Source: Candidatus Methylomirabilota bacterium (GTDB lineage Bacteria; Methylomirabilota; Methylomirabilia; Rokubacteriales; CSP1-6). From it: DNA of 64,000 nt. This document shows positions 26,568 to 36,905 of this stretch, in pieces. Position 1 is the first letter of the stretch. The number at the start of each line of letters is the position of its first letter. The translations under genes were made by a program, and so were the position numbers. The notes beneath the pieces were generated by a model. That model did not search any database. It saw nothing but the letters and a program-made list of their open reading frames with translations, and had not been told where the DNA came from. The DNA is taken from assembly GCA_036001065.1 (NCBI GenBank), contig DASYUQ010000115.1, positions 1,297 to 65,296 of the forward strand, written 5' to 3'.

Positions 26568-27484
26568 TGACAGACGTGGCTCGTCTCGAAGCGATCGCCC
26601 GCGAATGCCGCGTGCAGATCATCCGGATGCTGGCCCACGCGGGCTCGGGGCATCCGGGCGGCTCGCTCTCGGTCATCGACCTCGTGGTGACGCTCATGTT
26701 CGGCCGCATGCGGCACGATCCCCAGCGCCCCCACTGGCCCGAGCGGGACCGGCTGATCCTGTCCAAGGGTCACGCGGTCCCCGCCCTCTACGCGGCGATG
26801 GCCCGCGCCGGGTATTTCGCCGACGACCGGCTGATCACGCTCCGCAAGCTGGGCAGCCCGCTGCAGGGGCACCCCGACCGTACCGTGCTGCCCGGCATCG
26901 AGGCCGCCACGGGCTCGCTGGGCCAGGGGCTCTCGATCTCGCTGGGGATCGCGCTCGGCCTCAAGATGGCCGGCTCGCCGGCGCGCGTGTACTGCATCCT
27001 CGGCGACGGCGAGATCCAGGAGGGTCAGGTCTGGGAAGCGGCGATGTCCGGCCCCCAGCTGGGCCAGCCCCGGCATCCCCTCGACAATCTCACCGTGATC
27101 CTGGACTACAACAAGATCCAGCTGGACGACTTCGTCGCCAAGATCCGCGACCTCGAGCCCGTGCTGGCCAAGTGGCAGGCGTTCGGCTGGCCGGTGGTCG
27201 AGATCGACGGCCACCAGATCGATCAGATCGACAAGGCCCTCGATCAGGCCGAAACCACCCGCGGCAAGCCCTCTTTCATCGTGGCCCACACCGTCAAGGG
27301 CAAGGCCGTGTCGTTCATGGAAAACCAGCCCGAGTGGCACGGCAAGGCGCCCAAGCCGGCCGAGGCGATCGCGGCCGTCCGCGAGATCCTGGGCGTCACC
27401 GAGGCCGCCTGGGAGGAGTATCTGGCCAAGGATTCCACCGCCCGCGCGCTCGTCAGCGAGCTGCGCGCGCTCGAGAGAAAGTAA
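26567..27484 (+). CDS. Transketolase, N-terminal (TPP-binding) subunit of a split transketolase
   Basis: GHPGGSLS, the GDGE TPP-binding motif (ILGDGEIQEG), and about 300 aa in size. The start ATG overlaps the upstream stop (TGATG). Confidence 0.8.
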   Translation: MTDVARLEAIARECRVQIIRMLAHAGSGHPGGSLSVIDLVVTLMFGRMRHDPQRPHWPERDRLILSKGHAVPALYAAMARAGYFADDRLITLRKLGSPLQGHPDRTVLPGIEAATGSLGQGLSISLGIALGLKMAGSPARVYCILGDGEIQEGQVWEAAMSGPQLGQPRHPLDNLTVILDYNKIQLDDFVAKIRDLEPVLAKWQAFGWPVVEIDGHQIDQIDKALDQAETTRGKPSFIVAHTVKGKAVSFMENQPEWHGKAPKPAEAIAAVREILGVTEAAWEEYLAKDSTARALVSELRALERK

Positions 27485-27494
27485 GGAGACCTGG

Positions 27495-28421
27495 ATGCCT
27501 GGGAAAGCCACCCGCGCGGCGTTCGGCGAGGCGCTCCTCGAGCTAGGAGCGCGCGACGAGCGGATCGTCACCCTCGACGCCGATCTCTCGAAGTCCACGA
27601 TGACCGTGGCCTTCGCCAAGAAGCATCCCGACCGCGCCTTCAACCTAGGCATCGCCGAGCAGAACATGATCGGCATCGGGGCCGGCCTGGCGCTGGCCGG
27701 GAAGATTCCCTTCGTGTGCTCGTTCGCCTGCTTCCTGGTGGGCCGGTTCGAGACGGTCCGGATGTCCGTCGCCTACACCAACGCCAACGTGAAGCTCGTC
27801 GGCACCCACGCCGGGATCGCCATCGGCGAGGACGGCTACAGCCAGATGGGGCTCGAGGACGTGGCCTGCATCCGGTCCCTGCCGAACATCGCGATCGTCC
27901 AGCCCGCGGACGAGCTGGAGACCAAGCAGGCCGTGGCTTACGCCGTCGAGCACGAGGGCCCGGTCTACCTGCGGCTCACGCGCCAGAACATGGAGCCGGT
28001 CTGTCCGCCCGACTATCGCTTCCGGCTGGGCCAGTGGCTCCTGCTGCGCGCGGGCCACGACGTCACCCTCATCGGCTCGGGCGGGCCGATCGGGAACTGC
28101 CTGGAGGCCGCCAAGCTGCTGGCCGCCGAGGGAATCTCGGCGGAGGTCATCGACGCGGCGTCGATCAAGCCGCTCGACGAGGATCTGTTGTTACGCTCGG
28201 CCGGCCGCACCGGCCACGTCGTCACCGTCGAGGACCACGCGCTGGCGGGCGGTCTGGGCGGCGCCGTCGCCGAACTGCTCGGCGAGGTCATGCCCACGCC
28301 GTTGAAGCGGCTGGGGGTGCAGGGCTTCGGCGAGTCCGGCGATCCCCAGGGGCTCTACGCCAAGCACGGCCTCGATCCGGCCGGCATAGCCGCCAGCGTG
28401 AGGAAGTTCCTCAACCGCTGA
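27495..28421 (+). CDS. Transketolase, C-terminal (pyrimidine-binding / C-domain) subunit
   Basis: LGIAEQNMIGIGAGLA motif, typical of the split transketolase B subunit. Confidence 0.8.
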   Translation: MPGKATRAAFGEALLELGARDERIVTLDADLSKSTMTVAFAKKHPDRAFNLGIAEQNMIGIGAGLALAGKIPFVCSFACFLVGRFETVRMSVAYTNANVKLVGTHAGIAIGEDGYSQMGLEDVACIRSLPNIAIVQPADELETKQAVAYAVEHEGPVYLRLTRQNMEPVCPPDYRFRLGQWLLLRAGHDVTLIGSGGPIGNCLEAAKLLAAEGISAEVIDAASIKPLDEDLLLRSAGRTGHVVTVEDHALAGGLGGAVAELLGEVMPTPLKRLGVQGFGESGDPQGLYAKHGLDPAGIAASVRKFLNR

Positions 28422-28444
28422 GACGCCCGGGCGCAGGGCCTGGC

Positions 28445-29065
28445 TCAGTCGCGAAAGTTCAGCTCGCGCAGCGTCTGCTCGATGCGCTCGCGGTGGGCGC
28501 GGGCCCAGTCGTCCAGGGACTGGGCGGCGTCCTTGGCCGCCTTGGCTTCGGCGGCGCTCAGGATCTCCTGGGCGCGTCCCAGCGGGACGACCACGATCCC
28601 CTCCTCGTCGGCCACGACGATGTCGCCCGGCGCCACCCGGACGCCCCCACAACTGACGGGACCGTTGAGCACGCCCGCGCGCCGCTTGTCGCCGGGGATG
28701 GGGATGACGCCGCGGGCGAAGACCGGGAACCCCCGCTCGCGCACCTCGGCCACGTCGCGGATGACGCCGTCGACGACGAACGCGGCGATCCCGCGCTTCT
28801 GAGCCCACGCGCACACGTTGCCCCCCGAGACCGCGTAGTCGCGGTCGCCGGCCTCGACCACGACGATCGCGCCAGCGGGCGCGCGGTGGATGGCGGCGTG
28901 CAGCATCAGGTTGTCCCCCCGGTCACAGCGCACGGGATAGGCCGGCCCGGCCACGCGCGGGATCGGCGCCCAGGCGGGGCGGATGCCGTGGTCCATCACG
29001 TGGTCGCGCGTCAGCACATCGGCGAAAGTCGTGGGGCTCAGACGGGCAAAGGCCTTGGTGTCCAT
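28445..29065 (-). CDS. RraA-family protein (4-hydroxy-4-methyl-2-oxoglutarate aldolase / RNase E inhibitor RraA-like)
   Basis: 206-aa RraA/MenG fold (AIHRAPAGAIVVVEAGD...GGNVCAWAQKRG...DGVIRD). The start was set at MDTKAF inside the longer listed ORF. Confidence 0.65.
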   Translation of the reverse strand: MDTKAFARLSPTTFADVLTRDHVMDHGIRPAWAPIPRVAGPAYPVRCDRGDNLMLHAAIHRAPAGAIVVVEAGDRDYAVSGGNVCAWAQKRGIAAFVVDGVIRDVAEVRERGFPVFARGVIPIPGDKRRAGVLNGPVSCGGVRVAPGDIVVADEEGIVVVPLGRAQEILSAAEAKAAKDAAQSLDDWARAHRERIEQTLRELNFRD

Positions 29066-29067
29066 GG

Positions 29068-29845
29068 TCACTCCGATAGTTTGAGGAGGAGCCCCGAGCG
29101 CCGCGCGCGGCGGACGGCCGCCACCAGCGCCCAGTGGGACACTAGAACATAGCCGGCGGCGAGCGGGAAGCCCACCGCCAGCGGGGCACTGAACTCGGGG
29201 GCGAACCCGTAGTGCGCCCGGTACGCATCCAGAAAATAGGTCAGGGGAATCGCCGCCGCCACGCCGGCCACGGGGCCCGGCAAGACGGAGATGGGATAGT
29301 AGATCCCCGCCAGCAGCAGGACGAGATTGATGCTGGCCCAGGCCGCGGTCTCCGCCCGCAGTCCGACCAGCATGACCAGCGCGCAGACGAGGACTCCGAT
29401 GACCCACGCGGTCAGAAAGCACCCGGCCAGGAACGCCGCCAGCGGCAACGGTCCGGCGTCGAGCGGGTCGAAGCCGAAGGCCCACCGGGCCAGCGCGGCC
29501 TGCAGGAGGAAGACGAACACCCCGCGCAGCATGCCGACGATCCAGGCGCCCACGGTGAGATGCCGCACGCCGATCGGCGCCACGAACTGGTGCTTCATCG
29601 ACTTGCTCCAGGCGTCGTAGAGCAGGGCGTAGGCGACGTCGAGCTGGCAGACCTGCAGCGTGTTGAACGCGATCGTCCCGATGAGGACGAAGGAGATCTC
29701 CGGGCCGGAGAGCCCCAGGAACCGGGTGAGGAGGCCGATCGACATCACGTTGACCACCGGCCAGAAGAGCAGCTCGAAGAGCAGGAAGACGTTGCGGGAC
29801 GCCATCTGGAGATTGCGCAACGCGAAGGCCCAGACGGCCACCAGC

Positions 29846-29865
<20 letters not shown>
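29068..29865 (-). CDS. ABC-2 type transporter permease
   Basis: Six hydrophobic segments of the ABC-2 family. It is adjacent to and overlapping the ATPase gene. Confidence 0.65.
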
Positions 29866-30781
<916 letters not shown>

Positions 30782-30785
30782 GAGT

Positions 30786-31157
30786 ATGAATGGTAACATG
30801 CGGCGCATGACCGCCCCCTCCGAGTGGCGCTGCGCCGTCGCCGACCTGCCGGCGGGCCGGACCGCCACGTTCCGCCTCCGGTGCGGCGGGCGGACGGTGG
30901 AGGGCTTCGTCGTCAACCACGGCGGCGGCTACCACGCCTACGTCAACCGCTGCGCCCACGTGGGCACGCCGCTCGACCTCTGGCCCAACGAGTTCTTCAG
31001 CGAGGACGGGCAGTCGCTCGTCTGCGCCACCCACGGCGCCGTCTACGAGCCCGACAGCGGCCACTGCACGGACGGCCCCTGCCGGGGCGACGCGCTGGCC
31101 CGCCTGCCGCTGCGCCGCGAGGGCGATGCGATCGTCGTCTCCTGCCCGCGCGAATGA
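30786..31157 (+). CDS. Rieske [2Fe-2S] domain protein
   Basis: CxH...CxxH ligands (NRCAHVG; CATHGAVY). The start is uncertain because it lies only 4 bp from the divergent ABC ATPase start. Confidence 0.65.
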   Translation: MNGNMRRMTAPSEWRCAVADLPAGRTATFRLRCGGRTVEGFVVNHGGGYHAYVNRCAHVGTPLDLWPNEFFSEDGQSLVCATHGAVYEPDSGHCTDGPCRGDALARLPLRREGDAIVVSCPRE

Positions 31158-31561
31158 GCGGCGGGCCGGTCGACATCGAGGAGGCCAACGCGCGGTTCTA
31201 CCGGGCGTTCGAGGCGCTCGATCTGGCCGAGATGGACAAGGTGTGGGCGCACGGCGACCACGTCAAGTGCGTCCACCCCGGCTGGCCGCTGCTGGCGGGC
31301 TGGGACGCGGTGCGCGCCTCCTGGGAGGCGATCTTCAGCAGCACCGGCGAGATCCGCTTCACCATCAGCGACGTGCAGGTGGCGGCCCGCGGCGACCTCG
31401 GCTGGGTCACCTGCACGGAAAACATCCTCTCCCAGGTCCGCGGTCGCGTGTCGGTGACGTCGGTGCTGGCCACCAACATCTTCGAGCAGGGACCCGACGG
31501 CTGGCGCATGATCCACCACCACGCCTCCCACGTCCTGGGGGCCTCCGCCTCCGAGCCTTGA
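31154..31561 (+). CDS. SnoaL-like / NTF2-like (DUF4440) domain protein
   Basis: NTF2-like fold signature (ANARFYRAFEALDLAEM...W). ATGA overlap with the Rieske gene. Confidence 0.55.
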   Translation: MSGGPVDIEEANARFYRAFEALDLAEMDKVWAHGDHVKCVHPGWPLLAGWDAVRASWEAIFSSTGEIRFTISDVQVAARGDLGWVTCTENILSQVRGRVSVTSVLATNIFEQGPDGWRMIHHHASHVLGASASEP

Positions 31562-31594
31562 CCGGCCCGCCCAGCGTGCCACAATGAAGCTGCG

Positions 31595-32437
31595 GTGACG
31601 GACAAGCGGATCACCCTCGGGGAAGTGCCGCGCTACGTGCAGAGCGGCATGCGGCTGGGCATCGGCGGCGGGCCGGTCATGATCACGCCCACCGCGCTGA
31701 TCCGCGAGGTGGTCCGCAGCGGCGTCCGTGACCTGAATCTGGTGGCCGCCTCCACCGGCGGCTTCGGCCTCGACCTCCTGATCGGCGCCGGGTGCGCGGC
31801 GTCGGTGGAGTTCGCGCAGATCGTCTTCAACGAGTTCGGCCCGGCGCCGAACTTCCGCCGCTACGCGGAGAGCGGCCGCCTTCGCTGTCTCGACCACACC
31901 TGACCCGGGCTCCTGGCCGGGCTCCAGGCGGGAGCCCAGGGTGTTCCCTTCATGGTCGTGCCGGGGCACGTGGGCTCGGACTACCAGCGTCTCCGGCCCG
32001 AGTTCAGGGTGATCCCGAACCCCTACGACCCCGCCCAGCGCGTGATGATCGTCCCCGCCATCCGGTGCGACGCCGCGCTCATCCACGCCCTGGCGGCGAC
32101 GCCCGACGGCACCCTGCTGGTCGACCACATGGAGGACGACGCGCTGCTCGCCCAGGCCTCGCGGGTGGTGATCGCGTCGGCGGAGCGGATCGTGACGCGG
32201 GACGAGCTCGGTCGGGCCGGCGAGGGCGTAGTGCTGGAAGGCATCCACGTCACTGCCGTCGTCGAGCTGCCCCGGGGCGCGCACCCCACGTTCGTCCGGG
32301 GGCTCTACGCCGTCGATGCCGCGCATCTCGGCGAGTACGCCGTCGCCGCCCGGGACGACGAGGCCTTCCGGGACTACCTCGCCCGCTACGTGCATGGCCC
32401 CAAGGACCACGCCGCCTACCTCGCCCTGCTGACGTGA
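31595..32437 (+). CDS. Family I CoA-transferase subunit A (3-oxoacid/glutaconate CoA-transferase alpha-like) containing an in-frame TGA at 31901-31903
   Basis: The N-part ORF 31595..31903 and the ORF 31952..32437 are in the same frame. Read-through gives ...CLDHT[TGA]PGLLAGLQAGAQGVPF, which aligns to the conserved PQGTLAERIRAGGAGIPAF region of AtoD/PcaI/ScoA. The gene is intact only if the TGA is decoded, or the TGA is a sequencing error. Confidence 0.55.
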
Positions 32438-32460
32438 CGCCCTGCACGTCGGAGGAGCGG

Positions 32461-33162
32461 ATGGCGACCGTCATCGCCCGCGAGGTGCGCGACGGCGAGA
32501 CGGTGGCGGTGGGGACGCTGGCGCCGGTGCCCGCCAGCGGCGTGCTGCTCGCTCACTTCACACACGCGCCCCGGGCGCGGGTCGTCATCCTCAACCACCC
32601 CGACTACTGGCCCTTCCGCCAGGGCTCCAAGGAGTTCTACGACTTCGCGCAGCGCGGCGGCTTCGACCTCTTCTTCCTCTCGGGCGGCCAGATCGATCGC
32701 CACGGCAACCTGAACCTGATCGCGGTCGGCGACGTCGAGCGGCCGCGCGTCAGGCTCCCGGGCGGCGCCGGCTCGGCGATGCTCTACTACCTGCCCCGGC
32801 GAGTCATCGTCTTCCGCACCGAGCACTCCCCGCGGATCTTCGTCGAGCGCGTGGACCACGTGGCCAGCCCGGGCTCGAGCCCGCCCGAGGTCGCGCGGCC
32901 GGGCGGCCCCTGGAAGGTCGTCACCCCTCTGTGCGTGTTCCGCTTCGATAAGGAGCGGAAGGCACTGGTGGTGGAGTCCGTCCACCCGGGCGTGACGCGG
33001 GAGGAGCTGGCGCGGCGCACGGGCTTCGCGCTCGACTACGCCGGGAGGGTGGGGGTCATCCCCGAGCCCACGCCGGGCGAGCTCCACCTGCTCCGCACCC
33101 GCGTCCGCGAAGCCGTCGCCAAGACCTACCCGCAGTTCGCCGAGACCGCGTTCGCCCGTTGA
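32461..33162 (+). CDS. Family I CoA-transferase subunit B
   Basis: Follows subunit A immediately and carries the conserved SGG (LFFLSGGQID) motif of CoA-transferase beta subunits. An alternative GTG start at 32434 would overlap the subunit A stop. Confidence 0.65.
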   Translation: MATVIAREVRDGETVAVGTLAPVPASGVLLAHFTHAPRARVVILNHPDYWPFRQGSKEFYDFAQRGGFDLFFLSGGQIDRHGNLNLIAVGDVERPRVRLPGGAGSAMLYYLPRRVIVFRTEHSPRIFVERVDHVASPGSSPPEVARPGGPWKVVTPLCVFRFDKERKALVVESVHPGVTREELARRTGFALDYAGRVGVIPEPTPGELHLLRTRVREAVAKTYPQFAETAFAR

Positions 33163-33233
33163 TCGGCCCCCGCGCCGCCGGGGCGGAGAGCGCCGGCTCG
33201 AGCGGGGCCGGGGGGCCGCGACGCCGCCCGCGC

Positions 33234-34016
33234 TCAGGGCAGGCGCGTGTAGCGCGCCCGGAGGCTATCGAAGCGCCGCGAGCGCCGGATGCCGCGGCGG
33301 TGGAGCGTGAACCAGAAGAGCATGGACAGAATCCGCAGGCCGTAGACGGTCGAGGCCGCCAGGCTCGCCGACGAGGCTTCGGGGAAGTAGCGGGTGGGCA
33401 CCGCGATCTCCTCGATCCGGAAGCCCGCGGCGACGATCTGCCCGATGATCTCCTGATCGAACACGAAGCCGTCGGAGTTCAGCACGAAGTTGACGACGTC
33501 CAACACTTCGCGCCGGAAGGCGCGATAGCCGGTGTGGTACTCGCTGAGGTTCAGGCCGAAGGCCCGGTTTTCGAGCCAGGTGAGGCCGCGGTTCGCCGCG
33601 TACTTCCACCAGGGCATCCCCTGCGCCAGCGGCGAGCCCGCCTTGCGCCGTGAGCCCAGCACCACGTCGGCGCGACCGCTGACGACGGGCTCGATGAGCT
33701 TCGGCACCAGCGCCGGATCGTACTGATAGTCCGGGTGCACCATCACGACGATGTCGGCGCCCGCTCGCAGCGCCTCCGTGTAGCAGGTCTTCTGGTTGGC
33801 GCCGTAGCCGTAGTTCCGGTTGTGGACGAAGACCTCCAGCCCCAGCTCGCGCGCGATCTGGAGGGTGGAGTCGGTCGAGCCGTCGTCCACCAGGATCACC
33901 GTGCTCACCGCGTCCTTGGGAAGCTCCTCGTACGTCAGCCGCAGCGTGCGGCCCGCATTATAGGCCGGCATCACCACGACCACCTTCGGCTGGCCGAGTC
34001 GCCCGACGTCACCCAT
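33234..34016 (-). CDS. Family 2 glycosyltransferase (dolichyl-/polyprenyl-phosphate sugar transferase-like)
   Basis: GT-A motifs: VVVVMPAYN, ILVDDGSTD, and a DxD-like PDYQYD. The start was set at MGDVGRL inside the long listed ORF. Confidence 0.75.
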   Translation of the reverse strand: MGDVGRLGQPKVVVVMPAYNAGRTLRLTYEELPKDAVSTVILVDDGSTDSTLQIARELGLEVFVHNRNYGYGANQKTCYTEALRAGADIVVMVHPDYQYDPALVPKLIEPVVSGRADVVLGSRRKAGSPLAQGMPWWKYAANRGLTWLENRAFGLNLSEYHTGYRAFRREVLDVVNFVLNSDGFVFDQEIIGQIVAAGFRIEEIAVPTRYFPEASSASLAASTVYGLRILSMLFWFTLHRRGIRRSRRFDSLRARYTRLP

Positions 34017-34168
34017 CTCCCTCGATGATCCGGCGCCGCGCCTCAGTCGGCAAGGCTGGAGTAGAGGCGGCGCCCGCCGGCCCCGACGATGAGGTGCACG
34101 TCGGCAGGCGGCAGCGTGCGCACCACGCTCCGATCGGCGCCGAGCGGGATCAGAGGCACCACCCGCGG

Positions 34169-34861
34169 CTACCCGAAGCTCTCGTCCATTCCGTCGAAGA
34201 ACTGCCACCACATCGCCAGCGAGGTCCGCACCGCCCGGCGGACGGCCTCCTGCCGCTCGGCGGTCGTGGCGTGCCGGACGACGATGTGATCGCCCACGTC
34301 CGAGTGCTCGGCGTCGGCCACCTCGTGGATGTCCCAGAACGCGACCGCTGCCTGGCTGAGGCCGTAGTGTTTCTGAAGCGCGCGGGCGAAGGGGCCGAAG
34401 GCCCCCACCACCTGCCCCTCGGCGGCCAGGTTGATGGCGGCCACGCCCTCGTGGAACGGCAGGAGCTTCGTGGAGTACTCGAACCAGTGGATGAGCGCCG
34501 CCGTCGAGGGCAGCGGCGTCGCCGCCAGCATCTCCGGGCGCGGGACGCCCGCGCCGGCGGCGAAGTCGAGGAACAGCTCGGGGTGCGGCTTGGAGCCCGA
34601 CAGCCGCCCCGTCTCCTCCTCGTAGACGGACTCGGCCAGCTTCACACGCTCGGCCACATCGGGGCAACGCGAGTGCAGCGCCGACACGGCCCGGGGGAAC
34701 TCGACCACCTGCAGGAAGAACTGCTTGGCGAACTCGCCGAGTGCCTGGCGGGAGAGCCGGCCCTCGGCGATCTTGAACCACAGCGGGTGGCCCCCGAAGG
34801 AGCGGCGCTCCCGCACCTCCTGCAGGAGCGCCGCGCCGAACGCCTTCGCATCGAGCGCCAT
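34169..34861 (-). CDS. TenA/PqqC-family (heme-oxygenase-like fold) protein, possible thiaminase II / aminopyrimidine aminohydrolase
   Basis: Shows TenA_C/PqqC-like helical-bundle sequence features. The assignment is by family resemblance only. Confidence 0.45.
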   Translation of the reverse strand: MALDAKAFGAALLQEVRERRSFGGHPLWFKIAEGRLSRQALGEFAKQFFLQVVEFPRAVSALHSRCPDVAERVKLAESVYEEETGRLSGSKPHPELFLDFAAGAGVPRPEMLAATPLPSTAALIHWFEYSTKLLPFHEGVAAINLAAEGQVVGAFGPFARALQKHYGLSQAAVAFWDIHEVADAEHSDVGDHIVVRHATTAERQEAVRRAVRTSLAMWWQFFDGMDESFG

Positions 34862-34881
34862 GGCTGGACCTCCTCGGTGCC

Positions 34882-35610
34882 TCAGGTGACCTTGACGACG
34901 GCGTCGCCGGGCAGGCGGGCGAGCAGCGCGTCCAGGGCCTCCTCCAGATAGGTGGGGTCCCGCGACTCGAGCGTCACCTTGACCCGGTACTCGGGGTTCG
35001 AGAACTCCGGGTAGGAGCCGAGCAGGAGCGCAGGGAAGTCGCGGAGCAGACCGTTGAGGTAGTCGGCCAGGCTCCCCTCGGCGATACTCACGAACACGTT
35101 CTTGAGGTGGAAGGGCTGATCGCGGAACCGCTCGCGGATCGCCTCGAACTTCTGGCGGAAGATCTCGGGCACGCCGGGCAGGATGTAGACGTTGCGCATC
35201 AGGATGGTGGGGAAGCGGAGTGACTCGCCGCCGATCAGCTCGGCCCCCTCCGGGACCTCCGCCATCTTGAGGTGGGCGTCGGTGGCCTGGCCGCCGTAGT
35301 ACTGGATGAGCAGCGCGACCAGCGCGGGGTGGCGGACCACGGCCACCGCCAGCGCCCGCGCCGCGCCCTCGATGGTCACGTCGTCGTGGGTCGGACCCAC
35401 ACCGCCCGAGGTGAACACGACGTCGTGGTCACGGCAGTGGGCGGCGATCTCCGCGGCGATCGTCTCGACCTGGTCGGGAATCACGCTGATCCGGCGCACG
35501 TCGACACCGAGGGCGCGCAGCTCGCGGCAGAGATACGCGGCGTTGGCGTCCGCGATCTTGCCCGAGAGGATTTCGTTTCCGATGAGGATGATGCCCGCAG
35601 TCTTCGGCAT
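34882..35610 (-). CDS. MoCF-biosynthesis (molybdopterin-binding) domain protein, CinA N-terminal-like
   Basis: GGLGPT-type motif (TSGGVGPTHDD) and an N-terminal IIGNEILSG, as in the CinA/MoaB/MogA fold. Confidence 0.65.
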   Translation of the reverse strand: MPKTAGIILIGNEILSGKIADANAAYLCRELRALGVDVRRISVIPDQVETIAAEIAAHCRDHDVVFTSGGVGPTHDDVTIEGAARALAVAVVRHPALVALLIQYYGGQATDAHLKMAEVPEGAELIGGESLRFPTILMRNVYILPGVPEIFRQKFEAIRERFRDQPFHLKNVFVSIAEGSLADYLNGLLRDFPALLLGSYPEFSNPEYRVKVTLESRDPTYLEEALDALLARLPGDAVVKVT

Positions 35611-35628
35611 GCCGTCCGAATTTTACGC

Positions 35629-35634
35629 TAGAAT
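35629..35634 (+). promoter_or_regulatory. Candidate -10 element (TAGAAT) in the divergent CinA-like/uppP intergenic region
   Basis: An AT-rich TTTTACGCTAGAATG patch about 40 nt upstream of the uppP start. No convincing -35 was found. Confidence 0.2.
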
Positions 35635-35673
35635 GCGCCCATCCATGCGACCCGGGTCGATCCGGCTCGAGAG

Positions 35674-36477
35674 GTGGGCGCTCGTCGGGTGACGTATCCG
35701 CAGGCGGTGGCGCTGGGCGTCGTCCAGGGAGTCACCGAGTTTCTTCCCGTCTCCTCCTCCGGCCACCTCATCCTGGCGCCGCACCTCTTAGGCTGGCCCG
35801 ATCAGGGCCTCGCCTTCGACGCCGCCATCCACCTGGGGACGCTGGGGGCGCTGCTCGCGTACTTCCGCGGCGAGCTGCGCGCGCTGGCGTCGGGGGCGCT
35901 CTCACCCCGGATCGGCCTGCTCCTCGTCCTGGCCACCATCCCGGGCGGGCTGGCCGGCCTGCTCTTCGACACGCTCATCGAGGCGCACCTCCGCTCGGCC
36001 GTCGTGGTGGCGACGTCGACCGCGTTCTGGGCGATCGTGATGGCGGTGGCCGACCGCCGAGCGGCGCCGCCGACGCCGGGCGGCGGCGATCCGCTCGAGC
36101 GCATCAGCGGGGGCCAGGCCCTCGCTATCGGCTGCGCCCAGGCGCTGGCGCTGATCCCCGGAACATCGCGCTCGGGCATCACCATCACGGCGGCGTTGTT
36201 CGGCGGCCTCGATCGGCCGACGGCGGCGCGCTTCGCTTTCCTGCTGGGCGTTCCGATCACGGCCGGCGCGGGGGCACTCAAAATACTGCACCTGCTCCGC
36301 GTCGGTCTGCCGCCCGCGGAGTCCGGCCCGCTCGTGGCCGCCGTGGTCGCCGCGTTCCTGAGCGGGTGGATCGCCGTGTGGTTCCTGGTGGGCTACGTCA
36401 AGCGCCGCTCCCTGCTGCCCTTCGTGCTCTACCGCCTCCTCGTCGCCGCGGTCATCTTCGCCCTCGTGGCCCGATGA
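35674..36477 (+). CDS. uppP: Undecaprenyl-diphosphate phosphatase
   Basis: UppP/BacA signatures: GVTEFLPVSSSGHL and PGTSRSGITI. GTG start at 35674, with an alternative at 35689. Confidence 0.85.
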   Translation: MGARRVTYPQAVALGVVQGVTEFLPVSSSGHLILAPHLLGWPDQGLAFDAAIHLGTLGALLAYFRGELRALASGALSPRIGLLLVLATIPGGLAGLLFDTLIEAHLRSAVVVATSTAFWAIVMAVADRRAAPPTPGGGDPLERISGGQALAIGCAQALALIPGTSRSGITITAALFGGLDRPTAARFAFLLGVPITAGAGALKILHLLRVGLPPAESGPLVAAVVAAFLSGWIAVWFLVGYVKRRSLLPFVLYRLLVAAVIFALVAR

Positions 36478-36905
36478 CGGGCGGCGACGGCGACGCCGTC
36501 GAGGCGCTGCACGCTGGTGGCGTTACCGACGGGCTGCCCGCGGTGCCGCCGACGCGGCCGCGGGCAGCGCGGGCCGTGGCGGCGGCGGGCCGCCGGGCCG
36601 ATGAGCTGATCGCGGAAGAGCCGCCCGGGTCTGGGACCCTGATTCCGAAGTCTTCCCCGGCTGGTCCTTCCCGCACGCGCCCTCCCGCCTGATGATCAAG
36701 AAGATCGTTTGAAGCTCCGGCCGACGCCCTGGCCCACGCTGTCGGGAATCGTATCCGACCGGGCAGCGGGAATGGGCAGCCCGGCGGGTGGCCCTCCGAG
36801 ACCCGTGTCTCAGGGGATCGACCCCAACCCGTGTAGAAAGAAGGCGCCGAGCCGGCTGTGGCTAGCGTGGTCGAGGAAGCCACCCGCCGGGCCGCCCCCA
36901 TCGCG

